Of a DNA stretch of 64,000 nt, positions 1-14,400 are shown one piece after another. Below the pieces are notes generated by a model. It was not told the origin of the DNA and did not search any database. It was given only the letters and a program-made list of their open reading frames with translations. This stretch comes from Bugula neritina (lineage: Eukaryota; Animalia; Bryozoa). The stretch is taken from positions 15,406,633-15,470,632 of the forward strand of contig OZ037769.1 in assembly GCA_964035545.1 (NCBI GenBank), read 5' to 3'. The position numbers and the translations under genes are program-made. Each line of letters opens with the position of its first letter. Position 1 is the first letter of the stretch.

Positions 1-3000
1 GCAAAAGTTCTAACAGAGGAACTTTACAATGACCTCAAAGGCAAGGAGACAAAAGGCGGAGTAACTCTAGATGACTGTATTCAGACAGGTGAGTGTAAAA
101 CCCATCCCCTCTCCTTCTAACTTATGTATGCAACGTGTGCTTTAACTATATGATACGGTGTGTCATATTGAGTGAGAGTCAGTCAAGTTAAGTCACAATG
201 AGTCAAACTAAGTCAAAGTAAACCATAGTCAGTCACATTAAGTCAAAGTAAGTCACAATGAGTCAAATTAAGTCAAAGTAAACCATAGTCAGTCAAAATA
301 AGTCCTGGCAAAACACAGGGAATCAAACTGATGCAAACTGAATCATATTATTACACTTCTGTAGGACACAAAACAAATCTGGTAAACAAAATATGAATCT
401 ATAATTTAAAAAATGTAGCCTCAAATCTAAATCTTTACTTTCAGGCGTAGACAATTTAGGAGAAGCTGGGGCAGAGCCAGTGGGAGTAACAGCCGGAGAT
501 GAGGAGTGTTTCAGCATGCTGTCTGCACTCTTTGACCCCGTAATTGCTGCCGCTGGTGGCAAGGTAGGTTTTAGCAGCAGTTTAGCTGTTCAGAGGCATT
601 TACCAGGCTTTAACATGTAAGATAATTGAACTGTGGGCATTGTAATGATTTATTATATTTGAGCTTTTTACCAGCTCTTACTTCCAACAATTCTGTCACT
701 ATGTAACTCATACAAACTTGCTTCTATCAACTCATGGATCAATCTTGTTTCTGCTGCATTAGGCCGGCAGCCATGTCAGTAGCTTAGACGGCAGCAAACT
801 AGGCAGCACCGACTTTGACAAAGATCTAGTGGGCGATTGTCAAATCAGCGCTGGAAGGAATATCCGAGGTTTCCGTCTCTCACCATCCATTGACCGCGCG
901 GAGAGACGCAATGTTGAGAAGATTGTGTCTGATGCTGCTGCCACTCTGGACGGCTCTCTCAAGGTCAGCTGATCACATTGTGTCTGTCACAAATACGACT
1001 AGCAAAGTGGGCACAACTCCTCAGTGTGTAATACTTGAACCTTTTGTCATATTATAGTGGTGCATTATTTTGGACATTGGCTTGTCAGATGATCGTTTTA
1101 GCTGGAGTTTAATGTAATATAGAGTTTGTTGATATTTTAGTAGGTCACACTGAAACATCATATATGTAAATGTATAAAGACATGTATTTTTAATCAACCT
1201 GTAATACGTAATCTTAGTCAGGAAAGTCTATAAATAAAGTATTTTAAAGAGTTTAACCGAAAACCCTCTGCTTACAGGGCAAATACCAGTCTTTGAAGAA
1301 CATGGGTGATGCTGATAAGAATAGACCAATCATGTTCCAGAAAATCTCCTGCCCTCATTTGCTTTCTGCAGGTTAGTTGAGTGTTTGGAAGTAGCCTATG
1401 GGGCGTTATAAGAAAACTGCAATATGGCTTTTTAATGCCGAAGGTCTCATTTTTAAATTAGCGTAACTCTATTTTTAATAAAATTAATTCAACAACTCAT
1501 TTAAAAGAGCTTTTTTAGCTTTAACTTAGAATTATTGAGTTCTCTTATTATGAAAAATCAGCAACTGAATAAATTAGCAAGTGCAACTGTATGCTATCAA
1601 CTTTTATTACCTTCACATCATTATACACGTTTATATAATATTTTGGTTATTGCACAAAATTGTCCTTGCTTGGCTGACATTTTATTGTTATATACACAAT
1701 GTCATCCACAATGTTTTACACAATGCCCTACACAACGTCCTAAGCATGACTATAACATAATTGAACGCAAACCCCATCATTAGCTGATACAATGACTGCT
1801 CCATTGTTACTATTTCTCAAACAGAAGTACGCAGAGACTGGCCTGATGCACGAGGTGCCTTCACCAACGACAGCAGCGACTTCGCTGTCTGGGCTAATGA
1901 GGTGGACCATGCTCGAGTGGTTGCCAGGGGACAAAGTCTCTCAGCTGTAAGTTTCCGGTATAATCCTCTTATAGTTATCAGCCTCGTTCAGACTTAATCA
2001 TCAAAATGGTGGTTATGAAAATGTAATAAATTGCTACTCTCTAAATGTTCAACAAATATTTGTATCTATTTCCATATTACTTTAAATGCATGGCTAACTA
2101 ATTTTACAGTAGCTGCTGTTTATTATTTAAAAATTATTAATTTATGCTAGTTACTGTAGTTCACATTGAATATTGATAAAGTGAGATCTTGAGCTACATA
2201 ACAACCTATTACAAGTAAAGAATAATACTGTCAGATTCCATGTAGCTAATTTGCTGAATAAATTATTTGTGTCAATTATTCAGGTGCTTGCCAAGTTATC
2301 AGAAGGTTTGACCAAGTTTGATGCAGCTGTGAAGAAGGCAGGCAAAGAGTTCATGTGTAATGATCGCCTTGGTAACCTTGGGCCCCGCCTAGATTGCCTT
2401 GGTACCAGCTTGCAGGCCTCAATCTCGGTGAAAATGCCCAAAGTGTGCTCTCATGATAAAGTTAAAGAGGTAGAGTTGTATTCTCATGTCATGCATTATA
2501 GAGATCATTGCTTTTCTGCAGAGGAACTACACTTTTCTGAAACTCAGCCAAGTTTGATTTTAGGGAAGATAACTCTAGTTTTTCACAACAGACTATAATA
2601 ATATTATAACTTTTCATCACTAGCTATATTAAATAAGTAACTGTGAAATTTTTTGTTAATGAAGGTCACAATAATTTCACAGCATTTTTCCTTTGTACAA
2701 AAACACTTTCAAAACTTTAAATATAAACTGAACTAATAAAATAAAATAACATAATATTATCACATAAAGTAGCCTAATCATAAAAATGACAGATTTTGGT
2801 AAATTTTTGTGTGAAGTTACTTGTGAAAGTTAAAAGTTTGTGGTAAACTTAAATCTGAACATGGGACATGTAGTTATAGGCACTAGTTTCATTCTGTGCA
2901 CCTGTTTTTCAACTATTTAAATGTCTTCACAGATTTTGGCAGGATTACAGCTGAGAAAGGAAGTGGGCAAAGACGGAGGTGAAGTAATTTCAAATAAGTG

Positions 3001-3951
3001 CACTCTGGGATCTACTGAGGTGAGAGTTCCTTTTGACATGACCACTTGCAGGTCCATGTCACATGACCACCTGCCAGGTCTATGTCACATGACCACTTGC
3101 AGGTCCATGTCACATGACCACTTGCAGGTCCATGTCACATGACCACTTGCAGGTCCATGTCACATGATCATATGCAGGTCTATATCACATGACCACTTGC
3201 TGGTCCATGTCACATGACCACCTGCAGATTCATGTCACATGACCATTTGCTGGTCCGTGTCACATGACCACCTGCAAGTCCATGTCACATGACCACTTGC
3301 TGATCCATGTCACACGAGACAGCTTAGAGTATTTAAATGAATATAACTAAAAAGAAAAGATAATTCATTTTAACACATTTTACAAACAATAAGTGTTTTA
3401 AGTCACACTTGAACAACCTTCACAGCTGGCAAACTAGATCAACTAAAGACTGCACTTTATTTTAAGCACATGTGTCATTTTGATAGGCAATAAATTATAA
3501 AGTAACCATTAGAAAGTATATATGTACTGAAATGCACAGAGTTGCTGATTTAGCTATATCAGAACTTTTATAGTGTCGGTAGTCTGTAAATAATGATTGA
3601 TTGATTGAAAGTTTGATTTATATATAATGAAAATACAATGATTTATGTAATTGTTGGAAAATTAAGCACCATGCTTCTGTCATAAATTCTGTCAGATTAA
3701 GAGAAGCTAAATTTTTGATCTTGTCTTGTCTATTAAACGCTACTTTTATTATGCAATCAATTTTGATGTCTTGCACAATACAAGGTTAGAGTTATTGCAT
3801 GCTGACGTAGAGTCATGGTTTTCAGGTTGACCAGGTTAAGTGTCTGGTGAGTGGCGTGCAGCACTTGTGTAAAATAGAGAAGGCTCTGGCTTCAGGTAAA
3901 GGTGCTGATGACCTGATTTCTCAGGCTGTATCTGGAAAGGTCAAGGTCTAA
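1..3951 (+). CDS. Phosphagen (ATP:guanidino) kinase family protein, creatine-kinase-like; 5' partial; probably catalytically inactive
   Basis: Exons 1-88, 445-563, 763-963, 1278-1371, 1825-1946, 2284-2469, 2933-3019 and 3826-3951 are all GT-AG, phase-compatible, and give 340 codons plus TAA. The translation has CK-type blocks: AKVLTEELY, TLDDCIQTGVDN, VGVTAGDEE, LFDPVI, GRNIRGF, ERRNVEK, RDWPDARG, LGT, SN..LGSTEV. Catalytic motifs are degenerate (see findings). Confidence 0.9.
176..304. repeat. Degenerate 10-bp-period tandem repeat (agtcaaagta-like) in the first visible kinase intron
   Basis: Repeated agtca/aagtca units. Confidence 0.8.
3035..3315. repeat. 25-bp minisatellite (cacatgaccacttgcaggtccatgt), about 11 copies, just after the donor at 3019
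   Basis: Direct reading of tandem units. Confidence 0.9.
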
Positions 3952-5462
3952 AAGGGTTCGTAAGAATTTCTACTTATCATCAGAATGAACTAAATAAATA
4001 CAAATTTATTTTTAACTACAAATTGCTAATAATTTGATAATAAGTTTATGAAGTATAGACAACGTTTTTCATGTATCGAAGTCATTTAGCTTAAAGCCAA
4101 TCAAGCATTGGCTTTCATCATTGAAAGACTGTGATTGGCTAAGTAGCCATGCCTTCTAAGTGACTGAAAAGGCAGTCACTTATTTGTATGCTTCAGAAAC
4201 AAAATGGTAAAATTTTGAGCTCTTCAATTATGTTAGTCTTTTCGATCAGGGTTTAAAATAAATGTTTTTGGCAAAATAAAAAGCTCACTAATGGAAAAAT
4301 GCAGTTTTTAGACGCGGATTGAAAGTAAGGTTTCCTTGGTTGCTCCTTTTAGCTTCAACTTGAATTTTTAAAATAACAAGTGATAGACTAGTTGTATATG
4401 ACATGCTTAGATCAGACATACATATAAACCAAGACAAACAGAAAAATGTGAAAGCTAAAATTTTTAATTAAAATGCAAAACTAATATCTTTTTGATTAGT
4501 CCAATTTTAACAGGATAATAATTGTATTTGGTTTATTTAACCAATTAAAATAATACACAGACTCATTATATAAGAAAATAATTTGCCGTTATTTTGTAGA
4601 AGGACCCATTTCAAGGTATGACAAGAGATAAAGTTAGCAGACGCACAAAGACTGTGCCTAAAACTGTCTGTATTGAGAGAACCATCTCACAATATGTTTG
4701 CCGTGGAAATTGTTGTCTTGTGTTGAGTGGTTGTAGATTGACTCATTGAATGTAAATTTTTACTTCCAAGTAGAAATCAATAGTAAATTATGCAGAATAT
4801 TTTGTTTTACATATCTGTTGACTGTACTATCTTTTAGCCACTATTTATATACAAATGCTTTTCTAGTGTTAAGCCTTGTTTTGTATGCAGCAGTTTAGAT
4901 CTATAAATAAAAAGCTATTTTAACTGTCGTTGGCAATTGAAACTTTACATTACATTTGCATATTTAAATTTAAAAATTTATTTGCAAAAAAATAAAAACT
5001 AGGAGTTATCGCACCTAAAGTAATTTGTCTATGGAGACTTGCATTCTATAGAACATGTCAAAAGTTACGGTGATAGTAAGTAGTATATGCTGATACTTGC
5101 GTAAATGAGAGTAAAAAAACTATTAATAATATAATTAAAATTTTTGTACAAAAAAATAAACAAGAGCAAGTGAGTGGGCAACTCCCGTGCATGCAGAAGC
5201 TTGCAAGTAACATAAACTGGGAGAAAATAACTCCCACATCAGTAATTATAATCTGTAACGCCCTTAACCTAAGTACCAATATGAACAGTGTTCAAACTTA
5301 AACCCGAAATCTAAAGCAACCTGGTGTAAACTTCATCATGTACTCAACATTGTCAACTGAATTAGTTAGTTTCATGAAATTACAATGGCACAATTGGATG
5401 ATGAATATATATTGTTGCTGTACAGTAAGTAGGATAGAGTGAGTATTTGGTAGTTGTCTTCC

Positions 5463-8400
5463 CTAGCTCTGTGTATCGTCTGATTCACTAAGTGGCGGGG
5501 TCGGAGGTAAATTGTCCGTTTCAGCGTTAGACGCGAGTGGCGTGGTCTCAGTGACGGCGCCGTTGTGTGGGTAAGCCGGAGGTTTAGACGTCTGCTGCAT
5601 CAACGGCTCGGTCTCTGCCGGCTGCGACTTGTTGATAGTCTGTAGCTCTCCTTCCATCACCACAGGGACGCCTGCTTCTATGTAGGTGCCGTTGCTCTTG
5701 CTCACATTACGGCTGTCTTGCCTTCTGTGACGTATGCAGACGACAGCCACCACAATAACTATAATAACTACAACTATGACTACTGTGAGAGGAATAATAA
5801 CGTACAACACGGTGTTATCTTGACTAACCGATCCGCCTGGAACGGGAGCCGTAACTTCCCACTTGTCTTGAGCTGGCTCAATCACGTCGATACATGCCTT
5901 TTGAGGAGTAAAAGAAGCTTCCAGAAGCTTATAAGGCGCACATTTTGCTGCAAAGTCTGTTTTTATATTGCCTTCTGCATCAAAGAGTTTATTTTTGTAA
6001 CCTTGTACGCCGACGCAGCCTGTCTGAGTACGCTCGTCCATTTGAGAGTCGTACAACCCAAATGCCACCACCACCGAACCAGAGGAGATTTTACTGATCT
6101 TCACTTGAGTCGTACCTGATTCATCAAACAGACCCTTCACCTTGCTGTACATGCTAACTTGAGATTTGACATCATTGGCAAACTGTGAGAAATTCTCATC
6201 AAAGGTTAGAGTAAAGAGATTGTTTATACTGTCAGTGTTAGATGAGAGAGCGACCTGTACTTCGATAGGGAAGTTTGCCGTCTTCCCGTTAGAGTCTGTA
6301 GCCACAAGGCTGTATTGAAACTTTCTACGACTGGTGATGCCCCATGGAAGGCCCATAATGGTGCCTGTTTGCTTGTGGAGGTAGATCCAGTTAGCTGAGT
6401 TCAGCTCCACTCCGTCTGTGAGCAGCTCCAGCTTCATGAACTGCAGGTTTATGTCCTCCTGTAAGGGACATGACAATATGACTGCTGTGAGACGCAAGAA
6501 ATTAACTAGCAGTACAGAATGTTCTAGAGAATAAATTTTGCCTTAAATTATAAATATTATTGAAAGTTTGGTAATAATTTATAATATAAATTAAATTATT
6601 ATTTTGTGATTGGCCTTTTCTGACAAAACGTTACAGAATAAGCTTCAAACACCATCAAACTGGCAGCCCTCAACAGTTGATCATATTGACTGAAGCTGGC
6701 TGATGAAGACTCATAAATCTTAGCTACTCCATGACTCATATTCAGTTCTAACAAACACACACAGCAGTGCCAACACTCACCTGGTCTTCAAACAGGTTTA
6801 CCGGGACTTCCACTTTGAACAACTCTCCTTCCACAGCCACCAGCTGAGACATAAAAGGGTCAATGACAGATATGTCGGTGGTTTTAATCGGAGAAGAATT
6901 CTCACAGGGAAGTTTTGGAAAACTGCGCACGTAGAGGATGTCTAGTTTAGAGATAGTCTTATAGATGAGCAGCTGCAAGTCCTTCAGTTGCCGAAGTGTC
7001 TTGAGATCCTTACTGCAAGCATACAAAGTGTGTGAGACTCGGCGAGAATGAGTGAGACTTGGGGAAAATGAGTGAGACTTGAGGAAAATGAGTGAGGCTT
7101 GGAGAGAATGAGTGAGACTTGGCGAGAATGTGTGAGACTCGTGGAGAATGTGTGAGACTCTCTAAGAATGAGTGAGACTTGGGGAAAATGAGTGAGGCTT
7201 GGAGAGAATGAGTGAGACTTGGCGAGAATGTGTGAGACTCGTGGAGAATGTGTGAGACTCAGAGAGAAGAGTAGTAGAAGGGATTTGCAAGAGGCAAAAG
7301 TTCAAAATATCTCAATTGGAAAAAGAGGAGGTTCTGCCATTTCAAACTGATGGGTTGAATAATTGCACGTCGTCATTTACTTAAAGATGCAAAATAATGG
7401 TAAAAGTGTTAATTATAATAATATATTCTAAACACTTGGCAACTAAATATTATATCTTTATGGAAATAATTTGAATATTCTGACAAAGTATTTCAGAATG
7501 TAATTAAAAACAAGTGGAGGGTTGGCCTGGGAGAATAAGCCGGTTTCTAACTTTTCCGTAAAACACCGTGTCTGTCGAGATTTAATTATTAATTTATCTT
7601 CTTGTTGCAAATTAAAATTCAATAATACGCCTGCTTAGTGTCTAACAGAATGGAATTAAAGAGAAATATTCTTGTATCAGTCTGTATTAACTTCTAGTGT
7701 TTCTCTGTTAGACTTGAACCCAGCCAAAACTTGAAGAGACAAGAACTAACATAAAGCTTAAAACAGACTAAACAAGATGCACCGAAAACAAATCCGTTCT
7801 CTTTTAAATGCATTTTAAACTTGAACTAATCAAATATAATTCTAAATTTTCGAAGTTGATAACCAAACCCTGGACTCTCTAAGGGTTTGTCAGAGATTAG
7901 ATTATGGATTAATGCAGCTTTACAGAAAAACAATTTTGGTGGTGATGTCATACATAATCGCGAGAATCCTGTTATACTCCAGTACAAACTGCCAGGTGCA
8001 CAAGAGAACCAACATACGTACCTGTTGACGTCAGTTGGACATAGAGATGCCGAGTGACCAGCTGGCGGGGATACCGAGAACTTGACGGTAGCCTTGTCGG
8101 AGTACTCCACGCCATCCACCGTAATCTGTCTGTCCTCTGAGCCTATCAGCAGGGGGTTGAGGGTGTACACCAGATCCAGCATCTGGCGGGCTGAGCCGCT
8201 GAAGGGGGCGGCCACGGCCATGGCGTATAACTGTAATTATTATACAGCATATTTAGTAGAAATTTTATGCTCTCTTTGTTAGGAGATTAAAAGTTTATTA
8301 GAATCAGTATTAGCATTAAGAGTGCTCAACAAGGGAACATAACTTCCTATATTCTATAAGACTTGTGGTCAGACAGTTGAGAGAGTTAAATAGTTTCTTA

Positions 8401-11400
8401 GCGTCCTGAAAAACAATTTGTTAGGGTGTTCAAATTAGCATGGTCTTTAAAACTCAATTCCAATAGACATAAACCCCAAACGAGTTGAACACAATAACCA
8501 ACTGTTTACCAATGTTGTGACTCAATACCATTAGCCCTCCAAATGGCTACATGGGTATTGCACCTATACCCTCTCAATAGTTACCTGAGTTACTTTAGTA
8601 GTACTTTTCGGGCTCACTGCTAAGGTGAGGTGTACAGTAGTCATAAGGCCATGAGAGTTCATTGCGACAAGGAGGTATTTACTCGTTCCAACATTGACAT
8701 CAAGTGGCAAAGCTAAGAGCTCATTGTTAATCTTGTCGAATGAGAGCCAGGAACCTTTACCATCATCCACATCTCGGTCTGTGCTGAAGTCTCGAACTGA
8801 GAATTTTAGTATTTCATTGTTCTGTAAAATATTTACAATAAATATTCAGTCATTGTTTAATCATGTTTATTATATATCAACAATTATCATAAAATGAAGT
8901 GAGGATAAGTTCTCCGAAATACAGAGACATTTCTTAACTGGTTCTGTTCTAACGACTCATCAGTAAGTCACTTTGACTCAGTGTGAGTCAATTATCACAT
9001 CGATTCTGATCAACTAGTGAAGGTGAGTCACTGTGATCAACAATCACTAAGTGTTAAAACTTACTTAATACCAAGACATGATGGAATAAGCTCCAATTAC
9101 AATAAGACCATAACATATGTTACACAGAACTAAATACTTTATAGTGTTGAAACCTTCTTTAAAGGTATGAGGAGTTAGGATTGACTCATTTGGTGTACAC
9201 ATGTATAACTACAAAGTCAAACAGTAAACAAACTACTCAATGCTTAAGAATGATGAATGAGTGAGTAGTTGGTGGGAATACATGATTAGGGACTTAATCT
9301 AACTCTATGTCACCTTTATCTATTTGGCTTGTTGATAATATTTACCTAAACACTTGTGTATTGTTACCCTGCTGTAGCCAGCCATCACCTAACTACTTTC
9401 CCTTCTACACCATCCTACAATCTTACTTTTATAGAACTTATTGTTAGCCTTTTTTTTAGCATTTCATTGACTGTTTTTCAGCATCTTCATTTTTTAAATT
9501 ATTAGTAATAATTGCTACCGTTTTTTGGTTACAAAACTTCTACAAGTAGGAAAATAATGTACTGGTATCTGTAAAAGACCTGGTCACTGTATGAACTGTC
9601 AAATGCTACAATATCCATCATAATTCTAGCAATCATCTTTCTGGTTGACCTTAAGTTAGAGGTACAATCTACTTTGAAAGATTAGAGGTGGAAAACAATC
9701 AATTTGCTGTAGTCTCTCATTATTTGATGTGGGCAACCATTAAAGCTCCCTGGTACCAATATTTGAGAGAGATTAAAAGCCAGGTACCACCCTAATATTC
9801 TCTATGCGAGAGATAACTTGGTTGTTTCTACTGCAACTATTAATGTATACTTTTATCAAATTGATTAGCATTTGTGGAAGTCAAGAATCACTTGTCAACT
9901 GAACTTATTTATTAGCTGATTGGTGGAGGTAAATGTCAACAGGACTGAAGCACTACTAGCTCTCTCGAGAAATTCGGCTGAGGATTAGACTCTTAGAGTT
10001 ATACGTTGATAATCACAAACCAACAATCCCGACTGTGGCATATGAATTCCGTATATTGTACAAATCCTAACCCTGGTTTACGTAATCTGTGTAATTGTTG
10101 GTTCGGATTAGACATAAACATCAGGTAATGTGTGATGAAAAGAAGACAGTAATACTTATATATTATAATTAACTTATAATAAATTTCGGTTTGTGTTACT
10201 GAATAAGCCAAGTAAACATTTTACTTTAAAGAAAAAATGAAAAGCCAAATGCATTAGCAACTTCTTCAAAAAGGATATGGTATTCTGCATACATGTTTTA
10301 GCATGTAAACCAATTTAACATATGGACCATTTTAGCAAGTAGACTACATTAGAGACCATTTTAGAAACCAATTTAGTACAATATTAACTACTTTGCCAAA
10401 TGCACTCTCTCAACGGAAACTATTAGTGATGGTAAACAATATGAGATAATTAGAAATATGCTGCCTTAACTGCTGACACAGGAAGACATCGCTTACACCT
10501 GGTGTGAGAAGTGCTTCTTTTAACAGTTAGGGCAGATGCTCATTGCTGAGTCAAGAAGTGTTTTAGATCTACATCGCATTCACCCACCCACACAACTAAC
10601 GAACAGGTCTACTGCTCACTCTAAGGCTATCCTTCGTGTATGTTAGTATTTTACACTACTTTGACATTCGAATGCAAAATACTTTACCAAATAAAATAAA
10701 CCTAGCAGGAAATCTTTGGAATTGTCTTCTATTTAAATCAATCCTGGGAATACTTACAGGATCGCTGAAGAGATCAGTTGGCATCTGGTAGGTAAAGAGT
10801 TGGCCACTCGACATCTTCAGTCTCAAAGGAGTGGAGTAGTTGGGGTTGAGCAGAGGGGGTTTGGGCACCAGTGGCTTCGTCACTATGATCGGTGGTGGCG
10901 ATGGGAAAGGCTATAAACAGCGAAATAACAAGTCAGCACTTAAAAGCAGCACATTCTACGGCATCAGCTAGGAGTAGAAAAACTGGTTTACAACGCATAG
11001 TTAGCTCATTGCTTCAACATAGCACACAGTGGTACTGCAGGGTAACACTACATCTCAAACATAAAGTAGGTGATTGTCTCCACATGTTAGCTTTAGTGTC
11101 AAACAAAAGGAAGCAGAGGTTAGATGCTGTAGAGGTGACATGAATGTAACTGTCAGAGATAATCTAAGAGTTAGAGATATAGCCTGAGGACTCTACATTA
11201 TACACAGAGGAGAGAGTGAAGGAGATGAAATGCACCTTGTTCTAGAGAATATGAAGGATAAATATTTTTTATCAAGTTTTTCGGAAGTGTGACACTAATA
11301 AAAGATATCAGAGCCGTGATTAGATAACCAAACTCTTTCCAGTGTCTAGTACGGGTGGTCCCACTGCCACCCGTTAGACAGAGTGGGATCAGCGGCTAGA

Positions 11401-14400
11401 GAGATTGTACTTTCTATCTAATCTGTGACAGCCTTATATTAGCAGAACTGGTCTATAAATAGAATTCATATCTCTACTCTTGTTATAAGCATCTGAGAGA
11501 AAACAGATAGTCATGCCAATTCTACCAATATTCTTATGGCCTATGTACATAATGTGAAGGTCACACTAAGGGCAAGCTAATGTGATCAATAGTAATCGTA
11601 AATATTGTATGCATTCTGTAGGTTATTTGATAGGAAATTACTTTCTTAATAACATTCTATGAACTAACTTAAAATTTGTGCTAAAAGAAAAATAATTGTA
11701 GGCAGCATCTTGCAGGGAGTTGAAATTTATATTTTCTAAGTTACCTGACTTGAAAAACATTGTTAACTATTTTTTATAAAATTGAAGTTACCCCCCCCCC
11801 TGGAAAAAGGTGTAAACACTATTTGATGTTGAGTCAATTCTGTAACATATTCACCTGGAAGGAAAGTAAATTGCGAAAAGTAACTACAAAATATATTTCA
11901 GCTATTTCAAAGACTGCTGCCGAAGGACATCTGCTGCAGATGCACGCTGCCGGTTAGCTAACAGTGGGGGAAGTGCAGCTAACTATTCCATTGATGCAGT
12001 TCACATCATGTAACACGGCATTAATTAATACAATTTGTTAGAAGCTAAATTTATATGAGAAATAGTAACTTCCTGCCCCCAGCTGCTACCGTTAGACACA
12101 ACCTGCAGGCAGTGGCAGCAATTAGCTGCCAGATAAAAGCAAACTTGAGATTCAATCAATGTTTTAGTGTAGTGTACTGCGTTGCTGACTTAACTTCTAT
12201 TAATCAATACGATATGCTGCCTCGTAAGAAAACACGAGGACGTGAAATTTCAAGGAGCAATTTTAATGATGTCAAGTATTGATTGTCCACTCGTTAAGTT
12301 GAAATAATTTCATTTGGAAATATTCTGTGGTTCATTGAATTTAGGGGATTGTTTGAGGTCAAACTACCGATCTTTCTTATACACTGAAACCTGCAATGCA
12401 ACCTACACTATATAACCTACACTATATAACCTACACTATATAACCTACACTATATAACCTACACTATATAACCTACACTATATAACCTACACTATATAAC
12501 CTACACTATATAACCTACACTATATAACCTACACTATATAACCTACACTATATAACCTACACTATATAACCTACACTATATCTACACTATATAACCTACA
12601 CTATATCTACACTATATAACCTACACTATATCTACACTATATCTACACTATATAACCTACACTATATAACCTACACTATATAGCCTACACTATATAGCCT
12701 ACACTATATAACCTACACTATATCTACACTATATAGCCTACACTATATAACCTACACTATATAACCTACACTATATAACCTACACTATATCTACACTCAC
12801 TGTAATCAACACGGCAGCCCACACTGTAAGCCGCAGCTCTAAGCATTCCAATATTTGACAAAAGTAACCTAGTATATAATATATATCTAATTGCTTTAAA
12901 TATACTTGCACAATAATCAAGCAGTAAAAATTACAAGTTTTTGAGCTACTTTATTAAAAAATGAAAAACAAGTGTTCTAGCATTTGAAAATATATTTTAG
13001 CTAGTTTTTTTATGCCGGGAGATGAAATGAGATTACGGACAGCTAAATGTACTCCCCACATAGGACCTCTAAACACGATATACAAACTGGTTATTTTGCT
13101 TGAGCTGCGAATTAATTGTGGCATATTTTAGCATTGAAATGTGAACTTGTTTGGTCGCTGATATTTATGTTTATAGGTTAGTGTGTCTTATTCTATATCA
13201 TAATCGCTATATCGTGTAGCATGGAATTTGTCATAAACATGATACGATATACTACAAGTGTTTGCATACCACGTCTAAGGTATATACGCAAACTGTCTGT
13301 TTATCGTCAACATTTCATTGAGGGACCGGAATAAGTAAGTAGGAGTAGTAGTGTACACAACATATTAGCCACACTATCAAATACTGGACTGATAAGGGAC
13401 TTCTAACTACGCAGCTTCATCAGTCGAGTACGATACGAGTGTCGATACGAGTGTCGTACTCGAGAAGTGTATACTGATGAAATGATAGAAACGAGTGTTT
13501 GAATTGTCAACACAGTGCAATTAGTATAATGTTTCAGCAGCAATAAATGTGAATAATTTAACCATGTTCGAGTTATAAAAAATAGTTTTGAAGGTGGGAG
13601 AAGGGGGCCAGGGCCGATTCTATCTGCTACACACAGTTTATGGCAAGGATTTTTACAGGGTATCTGAACTGTTCTATTAATAATTTAGTATAGACAAAAT
13701 ATAATCAATGAATGGACACATTGAAAACTGAGTAGTTAAACACTTGTCATCATATTTTCAAGCTTATGGCAACAAAAGATAAATTACAGATAGAAAAGTT
13801 CAAAAATATCTCTCAAAACTGTTTTCTAATTTATATAACTAACATGAACCTAAATTTGTGAGATTTTGAAGAGGCAATCTGTCTGCTATATTTAGTAGTA
13901 ATACCTGAGTACAGATTGTACACAGTGAAGATGCAACTTTATTGTCAACACAACCTCTGTTGAGAGCTTGCAATGAGGTCTACAGAGAGGGGCGTGGTTA
14001 CGTGGAATAGATTCAGACTAGAAGTTAAAGGGATGATCTACAGGTAAGTTAAAAGCGTGAGTAGACAGTGCAGTAGGCAAATAACTCAAAAACACGCACA
14101 ACTGAATGATAGCAGACTGGTGTATGAAATTATATGAGGTCTACAATGGCTTGCACTGAGAACTTATCAGGAAGTTTGTTTACTGAGTCAGACATCATTT
14201 GGTGATTGGTTCAGACACAACAGTCCAGGGCAATCAGAAAAATCCAATCAGTAATTAAGTACTAGTTGAAGTCAAATGATTAATTAGTTAATTAGCTTAC
14301 GGATTAAATGAATTCATCTACTGATGTGGCATTTTTAAGTATTATGCTTGAAAAAGAAGGAAAAATGCTATTATATCTGCCAGCAGGAGAAAAATTTTTA

